Of a stretch of DNA of 64,000 nucleotides, positions 47,069-55,788 are shown one piece after another. The stretch lies in the NCBI GenBank assembly GCA_947492525.1, contig CANLNQ010000002.1, forward strand, positions 235,538-299,537, in the 5' to 3' direction. Source of the DNA: an uncultured Granulosicoccus sp. Lineage in GTDB: Bacteria; Pseudomonadota; Gammaproteobacteria; Granulosicoccales; Granulosicoccaceae. The notes under the pieces were generated by a model. The model made no database searches. It was not told the DNA's origin and worked only from the letters and a program-made list of their open reading frames with translations. Position 1 is the stretch's first letter. Each line of letters starts with the position of its first letter. Both the position numbers and the translations under genes were made by a program.

Positions 47069-47092
47069 AAATATTCATGAACTTGCATATAT
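47069..47092. promoter_or_regulatory. Degenerate SoxR-type site upstream of soxS-soxR-YeeE
   Basis: ATTC ATGAACTT GCAT at 47073-47088. Confidence 0.5.
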
Positions 47093-47430
47093 TGACTAGA
47101 TTACAGGAATCCGACCGCAATTGCTTTGTACGGTACAAGGCCTTGGCAGTGCCGAGAACCGAGCCAGCTAAAGAATGAAAGAGAACCGTCTTGCTGGCAG
47201 GTGTAGCACGGTAAACATCAAGACATGACTACTCTGTCCCGTTGATGTATAGGCTGAAAATTCAGTGTGTTCAGACGCTTTTCAGCGGCAAACGGGCAGG
47301 TTTGACCGGAATGACGATATGCTATGCTGAAGTCCTTGTCCGCAGGCCGATCTTGTGCACTGTTGGCTAGCATTCAACATATTCTGCGATGTTGTTCACG
47401 GTAGATCACATCACGAACGGGCTGCACTTA

Positions 47431-48141
47431 ATGGTCAGTAAGAAAGCCGTGGCAGCAGCCACCCAGAGCAAGAAGCAGAAAACCGCCAGACAAGCGCTGG
47501 AACAGGATCCGCATGCCGTTCGGGTTCCGGGAGAGCGGCAGCTGGAGGTGGCGATTGGTCACGAAATTCGGGCGCTGCGCAAGCACGCGGGAATCACCGT
47601 GGCCGACCTGGCAGAAGAGAGCGGTATTTCCATCGGCATGCTGTCAAAGATCGAGAATGGCCTGACGTCTCCATCTCTGACAACGCTGAACGCGGTATCC
47701 CAGGCATTGGGTATCCCGATGTCGCAGCTATTGCGACGTTTCGAAGAAGACCGGCAGGCGGTTCAGGTCAAGAGCGGGGAGGGGGTGACAGCGGAGCGTC
47801 GAGGAAGTCGTGCCGGCCATCAGTATCAGCTGTTGGGTGTTCTGGGCCCTAATCAGAGTGGTGTGGTGATGGAGCCCTACATGATCACGTTGAACACCGA
47901 ATCAGATGTGTTTCCCACCTTTCAACATGAAGGCCTGGAGTATCTGTATTTTCTGGAAGGCCGCGTCGAATATCGGCATGGACAGAACACCTATCTGATG
48001 GAGCCGGGTGATTCGCTGTTCTTTGATGCCGATGCGCCGCATGGGCCACACAAGTTGCTGGAGCTGCCCGCGCGTTATCTGTCGATCATTACCTACCCGA
48101 AGTCGAGTTCATATCAGGGTGCGGCAGAGGTGGGTGAGTGA
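47431..48141 (+). CDS. XRE HTH plus cupin transcriptional regulator
   Basis: IRALRKHAGITVADLAEESGISIGMLSKIENGLTSPSL; cupin HEGLEYLYFLEG...GDSLFFDADAPH. Confidence 0.9.
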   Translation: MVSKKAVAAATQSKKQKTARQALEQDPHAVRVPGERQLEVAIGHEIRALRKHAGITVADLAEESGISIGMLSKIENGLTSPSLTTLNAVSQALGIPMSQLLRRFEEDRQAVQVKSGEGVTAERRGSRAGHQYQLLGVLGPNQSGVVMEPYMITLNTESDVFPTFQHEGLEYLYFLEGRVEYRHGQNTYLMEPGDSLFFDADAPHGPHKLLELPARYLSIITYPKSSSYQGAAEVGE

Positions 48142-48289
48142 GAGCCTGGTGTCTGGGCGAAGCTTCGCAGCCGGTACCGCGACGGGTGGCGCAAGCCATG
48201 GACCTCATCTTCCCTGTGTCTCACAGGAGGGTCAGGCCAGTGGCGGCTTGGCAGAATTGTTTACCACGGCATGAGAACAGCTTGATCCT

Positions 48290-48372
48290 ATCGACACGTT
48301 GGAATGATATGTCGATAAATTCAATTTTTTTCGACATATAGGTGAAAACGTGTCGATCGTATCGACATGTCG
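48290..48372. promoter_or_regulatory. Nested TCGACA palindromes upstream of fic
   Basis: ATCGACACGTT (48290-48300) pairs with AACGTGTCGAT (48347-48357); ATATGTCGA (48307-48315) pairs with TCGACATAT (48331-48339); CGACATGTCG lies at 48363-48372. Confidence 0.65.
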
Positions 48373-48417
48373 GGCCGTTTACAGGCTAATATGTTTAAAA
48401 AAGATGAAAATTTAAAC

Positions 48418-49530
48418 ATGTCATGGCGAGCCGACGAGCCTTTCAATGAACTGCCGAGACTGCCACCGGCGTTGCAGGTGCTTGAAACCACCGAAACACT
48501 CAAAGCCTGTATCGGTGCCCGTGCCTCACTGGCTGAGCTGAAACAAGCTGCCGAGCTGTTACCAAATCAGAGTCTTCTGATCAATCTGTTGCCCTTGCTC
48601 GAAGCCAGAGACAGTTCTGAGATCGAAAATATCCTTACCACCACTGACAAGTTGTTCCAGCATGCCAGTGAGGACAGGGAAGCAGATCCTGCCACCAAAG
48701 AGGTGCTACGTTACCGAACGGCGTTGAGACAAGGGTTCGAGCAGCTGGCCGATCGGCCGCTATGCACCCGCACAGCCGTTCAGGTTTGTAGCGAGCTCAA
48801 AGGCAGTGAGATGGCAATCCGGCAAGTGCCTGGTACGGTCATCGGCAATCAGAGTACCGGCGAGATTCTCTACACACCGCCGGTCGGCGAGCAGCTGATC
48901 CGGGAGTTACTGGCTGATTGGGAACAGTTCATTCATGCCGATGATGGCATTGACCCGTTGATAAAGATGGCCGTTGCGCATTATCAGTTTGAGGCGATAC
49001 ACCCGTTTCATGACGGTAATGGTCGAACCGGTCGCATCCTCAATGTGCTCTATCTCATCGAGCAGGAACTGCTGACGCTCCCCATCCTGTACCTCAGCCG
49101 CTATATCGTGCAACACAAGAGCGAGTACTATCGTTTGCTGAACGCTGTGACCTCCCAAGGGGACTGGCAGCCTTGGCTGCTCTACATCCTCAAGGGCACC
49201 GAAGAGGTCTCACGCTGGACCTGTCAGAAAATTGCAGCGATTCGCAGTCTGATGGAAAACACTCATCTGTACGTCAAGAATGAGGTGCCCAAAATCTACT
49301 CTCACGAGCTTGTGCAGCTTATCTTCGAGCAGCCTTATTGTCGTATTCACTATCTGGTGGATGGTGGCGTGGCCAAGCGACAGACCGCCTCTACCTATCT
49401 CAAGCAATTGGTGGATATCGGTGTGCTTGAAGAGCGGCAGGTAGGTCGTGAAAAGCTGTTCGTCAACCCGCGCCTGATGCACCTGATGACTGAGGACAGC
49501 AATGTCACAGCTCCTTTCGGTCATCAATAA
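48418..49530 (+). CDS. Fic-family protein adenylyltransferase (SoFic-like)
   Basis: HPFHDGNGRTGR catalytic motif; N-terminal inhibitory SSEIEN; C-terminal wHTH-like segment. Start uncertain (48367/48391/48418). Confidence 0.92.
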   Translation: MSWRADEPFNELPRLPPALQVLETTETLKACIGARASLAELKQAAELLPNQSLLINLLPLLEARDSSEIENILTTTDKLFQHASEDREADPATKEVLRYRTALRQGFEQLADRPLCTRTAVQVCSELKGSEMAIRQVPGTVIGNQSTGEILYTPPVGEQLIRELLADWEQFIHADDGIDPLIKMAVAHYQFEAIHPFHDGNGRTGRILNVLYLIEQELLTLPILYLSRYIVQHKSEYYRLLNAVTSQGDWQPWLLYILKGTEEVSRWTCQKIAAIRSLMENTHLYVKNEVPKIYSHELVQLIFEQPYCRIHYLVDGGVAKRQTASTYLKQLVDIGVLEERQVGREKLFVNPRLMHLMTEDSNVTAPFGHQ

Positions 49531-49580
49531 ACCATCCTTTTTCGTTCGTCCCGTATCCCATTACCCGATACCTGATTGCA

Positions 49581-49745
49581 ATCAACGATTACGACATCGT
49601 GCAGAAACTGTAGAACCTGCGTGACGTTCTGCGTAACGCTGGAATCAGCGACAGTGACTACGTGACCGAACTGGTGCTGCTACTGTTCATCAAGATGGTG
49701 CACGAGAATACTGAAGCTGAAATTCTCAATCAGTACGCCTTGCCC
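49581..49745 (+). pseudogene. hsdM: Relic of the 5' end of a type I R-M methyltransferase gene (hsdM)
   Basis: Reads INDYDIVQKL*NLRDVLRNAGISDSDYVTELVLLLFIKMVHENTEAEILNQYALP, resembling the HsdM N-terminus (DIVxKLWNLCDVLRDxG..Y..YVTEL..LLFxKM). The conserved W is TAG, and the frame is cut off at the convergent gmaS end. Confidence 0.82.
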
Positions 49746-49750
49746 ATGAA

Positions 49751-51058
49751 TCAGCAGTCCAGCGTGTTCTCACGCTCCCACTCTGAAAGCGATTGCGAGT
49801 AACGATTCCATTCATCGGTCTTCAAGTTGATGTAGGCTTGGCTGACCTCTTCCCCCAGAGCGCTTTTCAGCGTGGTGTTGCTGTCAAAACTGCGAATGGC
49901 GTCCAGCAGATTCAGTGGCAGCTGCTTGACGTTCCCTGCCAGGTGCGATTCGGTGTACATATTGATATCGAGTCGCTTGCCACTGGGGGTTTTGTTGCGA
50001 ATACCATCGAGTCCTGCGGCGAGCATGCCTGCCATCAGTAGGTAGGGGTTGGCACTGTTGTCGGGGAGCCGGTGTTCGATCCGGCCTTCATCAGGGATAC
50101 GGATCATGTGTGTGCGATTGTTGCCGCCGAAGGAAATGGAGCTGGGTGACCAGGTGGCACCCGAGGTCGTGGCCGGTGCGTTGATTCGCTTGTAGGAATT
50201 GACGGTGGCATTGCTGATGGCTGCCATCGATTCGCTGTGCTGCATCAGGCCACCGATGAAGTGATAGCCCATTTCCGACAGGCCCAGTTCGCCGTCCGGG
50301 TCGCTGAACAGATTCTGTTTGCCATCAGGTGTCCACATGGAGGCGTGTACATGGCAGCCATTACCGGTCAGGTGTGAGAAGGGCTTGGGCATGAAGGTGG
50401 CACGCAGTCCGTGTTTCTCTGCGATGGACTTGACCATGAATTTGAAGAATGCCAGCTGATCCGCTGTGGTCAATGCATCGTTGAAATCCCAGTTGATTTC
50501 GAACTGTCCGTTGGCGTCTTCGTGGTCATTCTGATAAGGGTTCCAGCCCAGTTGTGTCATGGCCAGGCTGATCTCTCCAATGACCTCGATGCGTCGCATG
50601 ATGGCTGACTGGTCGTAGCAGGGCTTTATCTGCGTATCGCGTTCGTCGGAGATGTCCGTGCCGTCGGCGGAGATGATGTGAAACTCGGGTTCGACACCGG
50701 ATTTCATGAGCATGCCTTCAGCCACTGATTCGGCTTGCAGTTTCTTCAGGACATTGCGCGGAGCTTGTCCAACCAGCTCGCCCTCCATCCAGCAGTCGCC
50801 AGCCAGCCAGGCGATATCCGGTTTCCAGGGTAGTTGAATCAGTGAGTCGGTATCGGGTAGTACCAGCATGTCGGGGTGGGCTGGCGTGTAATCCAGCCAG
50901 CTGGCAAACGGTGCGAAACCGGCCCCGTTTTTCTGGATGCGACTTGCCGCTCCTGCGGGCACCAGCTTGGCGCGTTGGGTGCCGGCAAGGTCGGTGAAGT
51001 TGAACAGGAAGAACTTTATCCCGTTTTTTTCAGCGTAATCCGTCAGGTCGAGTGTCAT
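49751..51058 (-). CDS. gmaS: Gamma-glutamylmethylamide synthetase (GlnT/type III GS-like)
   Basis: FTDLAGTQRAKLVP, GVEPEF, YQNDHEDANGQFEINW, TFMPKPF, GGNNRTHMIR; mgs context. Confidence 0.85.
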   Translation of the reverse strand: MTLDLTDYAEKNGIKFFLFNFTDLAGTQRAKLVPAGAASRIQKNGAGFAPFASWLDYTPAHPDMLVLPDTDSLIQLPWKPDIAWLAGDCWMEGELVGQAPRNVLKKLQAESVAEGMLMKSGVEPEFHIISADGTDISDERDTQIKPCYDQSAIMRRIEVIGEISLAMTQLGWNPYQNDHEDANGQFEINWDFNDALTTADQLAFFKFMVKSIAEKHGLRATFMPKPFSHLTGNGCHVHASMWTPDGKQNLFSDPDGELGLSEMGYHFIGGLMQHSESMAAISNATVNSYKRINAPATTSGATWSPSSISFGGNNRTHMIRIPDEGRIEHRLPDNSANPYLLMAGMLAAGLDGIRNKTPSGKRLDINMYTESHLAGNVKQLPLNLLDAIRSFDSNTTLKSALGEEVSQAYINLKTDEWNRYSQSLSEWERENTLDC

Positions 51059-51130
51059 TCCGGTAAGTTCCCTGTTGCTATTGGATTGAGTAGTGAAAGG
51101 TTCTGGCGATATGGAACTCGACCGGTATGC

Positions 51131-52459
51131 TTAAAGGGGAGTCTGTCCCGGCACCCAGGAAGTGCCGGCCAGAGGCACTTTGGCCATGGCGGCGGCTTCC
51201 ATCGTCAGTGCGCACAGATCTTCCGGTTCCAGATTATGCAAGTGGTTCTTGCCACAGGCACGCGCAATGGTTTGCGCCTCCAGGGTCATCACCTGCAAGT
51301 AGTTGGACAGGCGCCGGCCGGCGGCAACCGGATCGAGTCGTTCTGCCAGTTCGGGTTCCTGTGTGGTGATGCCCGCCGGGTCATGCCCCAGATGCCAGGA
51401 ATCGTAGGCGCCTGCCGTGGTGCCGAGCTTGTTGTATTCATCCTCGTAACGAGGGTCATTGTCCCCCATGGCAATCAGTGCCGCTGAACCAATGGATACC
51501 GCATCGGCACCCAGAGCCATGGCCTTGGCCACATCAGCACCGTTGCGAATTCCACCAGACACGATCAGTTGAACCTTGCGGTGCATGTCCAGATCCTGCA
51601 GTGCCTGCACAGCCGGGCGAATGCAGGCGAGTGTGGGCAGGCCAACGTGCTCGATGAAAACGTTCTGGGTAGCTGCCGTGCCGCCCTGCATGCCGTCGAG
51701 GACGATGACATCGGCACCGGCTTTGACCGCCAGAGCCGTGTCATAGTAGGGTCTGGAACCGCCCACCTTGATGTAGATAGGCTTTTCCCAGTTCGTGATT
51801 TCGCGAAGCTCCAGAATCTTGATTTCCAGGTCATCCGGCCCCGTCCAGTCCGGGTGGCGGCAGGCTGAGCGCTGATCAATGCCCTTGGGCAGGCTGCGCA
51901 TGCTGGCAACACGGTCATTGATTTTCTGACCCATCAGCATACCGCCACCACCGGGCTTGGCGCCCTGGCCAACCACGATTTCGATGGCATCGGCCTTGCG
52001 CAGATCATCCGGGTTCATGCCATAGCGTGATGGCAGGTATTGATAGACCAGTAGCTTCGAATGACCTCGCTCTTCGGGCGTCATGCCGCCATCGCCTGTG
52101 GTGGTGGATGTACCAGCCGCGTTGGCACCGCGACCCAATGCTTCCTTGGCCTGACCCGACAAGGAGCCAAAACTCATGCCGGCGATGGTAATGGGAATCT
52201 TGAGTTCCAGTGGTTTGCTGGCATTGCGTGCGCCAAGTACCACATCGGTACCGCAACGTTCGCGATAGCCTTCCAGTGGGTAGCGTGAGATAGAAGCGCC
52301 CAGAAACAACAGGTCATCGAAATGCGGAAGCGCTCGTTTTGCACCCGCACCCCGAATGTCGTAGATACCGGTACTGGCCGCACGGCGTATCTCCGACATC
52401 GTGTATTCATCGAAGGTCGCTGACTGCCGTGGAGTCACGCGGGGGATGTTCTCGTCCAT
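51131..52459 (-). CDS. mgsC: N-methylglutamate synthase FMN-binding subunit (GltB2/GlxD-like)
   Basis: ASISRYPLEGYRE, AGMSFGSLS, GQGAKPGGGG, ACRHPDWTGPDDL. Start MDENIPR. Confidence 0.88.
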   Translation of the reverse strand: MDENIPRVTPRQSATFDEYTMSEIRRAASTGIYDIRGAGAKRALPHFDDLLFLGASISRYPLEGYRERCGTDVVLGARNASKPLELKIPITIAGMSFGSLSGQAKEALGRGANAAGTSTTTGDGGMTPEERGHSKLLVYQYLPSRYGMNPDDLRKADAIEIVVGQGAKPGGGGMLMGQKINDRVASMRSLPKGIDQRSACRHPDWTGPDDLEIKILELREITNWEKPIYIKVGGSRPYYDTALAVKAGADVIVLDGMQGGTAATQNVFIEHVGLPTLACIRPAVQALQDLDMHRKVQLIVSGGIRNGADVAKAMALGADAVSIGSAALIAMGDNDPRYEDEYNKLGTTAGAYDSWHLGHDPAGITTQEPELAERLDPVAAGRRLSNYLQVMTLEAQTIARACGKNHLHNLEPEDLCALTMEAAAMAKVPLAGTSWVPGQTPL

Positions 52460-52581
52460 TATTGTTTGCCCGTTAACCCGGCGATTGCACCGGATTTGTA
52501 TCCAAAGAGGTTGGCGTTGGCCAGAGGAGGTGCCATCACGCAGATGAAGCTGTGAAAAGCGGCTACAGATCGCCGGCGCTA

Positions 52582-53265
52582 TCAGTATTCGCCGGCATGA
52601 TCCACATTGAAGTTGTAGAGTTTTCTGGCCGAGCCATAGCGCCGGAAACTGCTCACATCCTTGTCGATGCCGGCACGAGTCAGTAGCGCTTTCAGCGTTT
52701 CTTCGTGCTCCGGCGTCATGGGCTTTTCGATGCAATCGGCACCCAGGCTCTCTACAGTGCCTGCCACATAGAGAATTGCTTCATAGATGGAATCGCCGAG
52801 CGCCTCTCCCGCATCACCACAGATGACCATATGCCCCATCTGCGCCATGAAGCCGGACATATGGCCGACGGAACCACCGACCACGATATCAACGCCTTTC
52901 ATGGAAATACCGCAGCGTGAGGAGGCATCACCTTCGATAACCAGCAAGCCGCCATGGGCGGTAGCCCCCGCCGCCTGACTGGCGTTGCCCGTCACTCGCA
53001 CGGTACCGCTCATCATGTTCTCGGCCACGCCCACGCCAGCATGCCCCTTGATGGTGACATCGGCTTTCTGGTTCATGCCCGCGCAATAGAAGCCGACATT
53101 GCCATCGACGGTGACATTCAGCTCCTTGTCCAGTCCGCAGGCGATGGCATGTTGCCCCATCGGGTTGCTGACAGTCCAGTCACGGCTTTCAGTATCTGGA
53201 GTTGCATTTTGCAGGGTGCTGTTGATCAGTCGCAGCCCCTGTGTTTTCAGATCGAGTTGTGGCAT
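52582..53265 (-). CDS. mgsB: N-methylglutamate synthase GXGXG subunit (GltB3/GlxC-like)
   Basis: GNVGFYCAGMN, GVGVAENMMSG, RCGISMKG repeats. Confidence 0.88.
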   Translation of the reverse strand: MPQLDLKTQGLRLINSTLQNATPDTESRDWTVSNPMGQHAIACGLDKELNVTVDGNVGFYCAGMNQKADVTIKGHAGVGVAENMMSGTVRVTGNASQAAGATAHGGLLVIEGDASSRCGISMKGVDIVVGGSVGHMSGFMAQMGHMVICGDAGEALGDSIYEAILYVAGTVESLGADCIEKPMTPEHEETLKALLTRAGIDKDVSSFRRYGSARKLYNFNVDHAGEY

Positions 53266-54218
53266 CAGGCGGCTCCTGCTGACAGTAGTTCACCGTCGTT
53301 TTGACTCAGGCCCTCGAGAGTCTCGGCGCCCCAGGCGTAAACGGTGGCCGGGCGTGGTTCCCAGATGCGCGCCTTCTCGGCACCCGGTAAGGTGGCAATG
53401 GCACGGTACTCGGTGGCCATGGCCACCCAATCGTCAGTCTCGGCCAGTACGGCGTGCTTGCAGGCAATGGGGTCGCGCAGGACGGCAAAGCCGTTTCCCG
53501 TACCTATGCAGAAGGTGTAGAAACCATCCAGATCATCCAGTGCCTGTTCCAGTGCGTCCTTCAGTGAAACGCCTTGCTGCAGTTTCCAGGTGAGATAGGC
53601 GGCGGCGACTTCCGAGTCGTTCTCCGTGCTGAAGGTCACGCCCTTGCGCTTGAGCTCTTCACGCAGACGGTTGTGATTGGATAGCGAACCGTTGTGTACC
53701 AGGCAGAGATCAGCACCGGTTGCAAACGGGTGTGAGCCGGCAGTTGTAACAGCGCTTTCCGTGGCCATGCGTGTATGGCCAATCATGTGTCGCCCCTCGG
53801 CGGCCTCAAGATCGAAGCGGGCGTATACCTCTTCGGGCAGCCCTGTTTCCTTGAAGATCTCGACACTGTTGCCGCGACCGACTACCCGTACATCGGGAGT
53901 CTGCTCGCTCAGCCAGAGCTGTACTGTTTTCTCGTCAGCATCCGTCACGAGTATGGCGTGGGTGTCCTTCTGTGTGATCGTGGTTGTGCAGGACAGGGCC
54001 TCTGCCAGAGAGTCTGCCAGTGCTGACCAGGGGTAATCCGAACGATCATGAGCCAGTGAGAACTTCACCTGGCCTTCAGGCACGGGGTTTCGGTAGATGG
54101 CCACCCCGGCTGAGTCGGGTCCGCGGCTCGTCATTTCGATGAGCATGGGTTTGAACAGGGCGCCCAGTTGAGGGTAGAGCGCCTCGTTCTTCAGATACAA
54201 GCCAACTATTCCGCACAT
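53265..54218 (-). CDS. mgsA: N-methylglutamate synthase class II amidotransferase subunit (GlxB-like)
   Basis: N-terminal MCGIVG, RGPDSAG, GHTRMATES, LVHNGSLSN, NDSE. Confidence 0.9.
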   Translation of the reverse strand: MCGIVGLYLKNEALYPQLGALFKPMLIEMTSRGPDSAGVAIYRNPVPEGQVKFSLAHDRSDYPWSALADSLAEALSCTTTITQKDTHAILVTDADEKTVQLWLSEQTPDVRVVGRGNSVEIFKETGLPEEVYARFDLEAAEGRHMIGHTRMATESAVTTAGSHPFATGADLCLVHNGSLSNHNRLREELKRKGVTFSTENDSEVAAAYLTWKLQQGVSLKDALEQALDDLDGFYTFCIGTGNGFAVLRDPIACKHAVLAETDDWVAMATEYRAIATLPGAEKARIWEPRPATVYAWGAETLEGLSQNDGELLSAGAA

Positions 54219-54475
54219 GATTCCATGAAGCCTGGGTCACACAGTTGCGATGACAGTAGCACTGACTCGAAAAAGTTTCAACAGAAGAAAACTATATTCA
54301 TGAAGATAAATATTGTGAGGCGGAGGGAGCGAATCCATACATGCGAGGTAAATGGGCCTGGACTGGCAGTCGTTGGCTCAAATGCTGTGGTTTCTACTTC
54401 CTGAAACTCGCCGTTCAATCGTTTGTCATACTGGCGACCGATTTCATGCAAAGCAGCCGTAACAGGAATAACCCG

Positions 54476-55162
54476 ATGCCAGACAACAAACCTGCGTCCA
54501 TTCTGGTTTTCGATGTCAATGAGACCTTGATCGACATCTCGACACTCGAACCCTTTTTTCAGCGCCTGTTCGGTGACGCTGCGGTGTTGCGTGAGTGGTT
54601 CCCGGAACTGATTCTGTATTCGCAGTCGATCACACTGTCCGGCATCTACACACCCTTCGGTGCACTGGCGGCAGGCGTTCTGCGCATGGTAGGGGAAAAT
54701 CGATCGGTAACGGTGACCGATGATGATGTGGCAGAGCTCAAGAGTCTGTTCGGGCAGATGCCTGCCTACAAGGATGTCGCGCCGGGCCTGGCCAGACTCA
54801 AGGAAGCTGGATTCACGCTGGTGACCTTGACGAATTCAGCGCCCGGTCCTTCACCCACTCCGCTTGAACAGGCCGGCATCAGCGATTGCTTCGATCATCA
54901 CTTCAGCGTGGAAGGCGTCGGGAAATTCAAGCCTCATCCGGCCACCTACGAGATGGTGGCTGCCAAGCTGGATTGCAGTACCCTTGAGCTGTGCATGGTG
55001 GCCTGTCATCTGTGGGATACCATCGGTGCCCAGGCTGCCGGTTGCCAGGGCGCCTTCATTCAACGGCCCCATAACAATATCCTGCATGCGGCCGAGGTAC
55101 CTAGACCCGACTTCGTCGCGAGTGACTTGACGGACCTGGCAAGGCAGTTCGGTGTTGCCTGA
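54476..55162 (+). CDS. Haloacid dehalogenase type II-like HAD hydrolase
   Basis: LVFDVNETLID, LTNS, FKPHPATY, MVACHLWD. Confidence 0.88.
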   Translation: MPDNKPASILVFDVNETLIDISTLEPFFQRLFGDAAVLREWFPELILYSQSITLSGIYTPFGALAAGVLRMVGENRSVTVTDDDVAELKSLFGQMPAYKDVAPGLARLKEAGFTLVTLTNSAPGPSPTPLEQAGISDCFDHHFSVEGVGKFKPHPATYEMVAAKLDCSTLELCMVACHLWDTIGAQAAGCQGAFIQRPHNNILHAAEVPRPDFVASDLTDLARQFGVA

Positions 55163-55197
55163 TCTTCAGGCGGGCAGGGACCGCTCATTGATCACGC

Positions 55198-55788
55198 TCA
55201 GACAACGTTCTGCAAAGATACGCTGACCATGTGCTGGAAACTTCTGGCAGAGGAGACCGGCGAATAGAGACGGAATCGTTCGGTCTCGGGTCGTTCGAGG
55301 ATCACGGACAGATGCTCCATGCTGGTTCTGACAACGCGTGTTGCATCGACGGCGCTCTGGTCGATATCGACAGAACAGATGCGCTCGAGTGCGGCCTGAG
55401 CATGAGGACCGGCGATATCCAGAATGGCCCAACTGTCCGATTGATCGGTGACATAGGCCGTATCCCTGACCACCGTCTTCAGTGCCCTGGCAGGCTCCGA
55501 GGATTGTTTGCCGGTGACCAGAAACCACAAGCCCGGTTGCAAGCCGAGCAGAGAGTCCTTGTCGGGGTTGCTGCTTCGCATGCCCACATCGGTCAGCTGC
55601 AGCCCGAAAGAGGACTTCAGATTGTCTTCCAGAGCGTCTCGGGTCTGCCTGGCTTCCTCTGCGCCCAGGATACGAGGCAGTGCGATGGAGACGATATCCA
55701 GGTTCTCCACCGCCGACAGCCGGGTGTCTTCGATCAGCTCATCAAGACCATCGAGCGGGTAGTTTGCCGAGAGTGTCATATCAGCCAC
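55198..55788 (-). CDS. mgdD: Heterotetrameric sarcosine oxidase / N-methylglutamate dehydrogenase gamma subunit
   Basis: LQPGLWF...YVTDQSD...GPHAQAALERICSVD...SSARSF. The GTG start overlaps the alpha stop. Confidence 0.75.
   Translation of the reverse strand: MADMTLSANYPLDGLDELIEDTRLSAVENLDIVSIALPRILGAEEARQTRDALEDNLKSSFGLQLTDVGMRSSNPDKDSLLGLQPGLWFLVTGKQSSEPARALKTVVRDTAYVTDQSDSWAILDIAGPHAQAALERICSVDIDQSAVDATRVVRTSMEHLSVILERPETERFRLYSPVSSARSFQHMVSVSLQNVV

Noticed and set aside
49751-51058. Housekeeping glutamine synthetase glnA
   Set aside because: The N-terminus and the context (mgsABC adjacent, no ntrBC) fit the GlnT/GmaS subgroup better.
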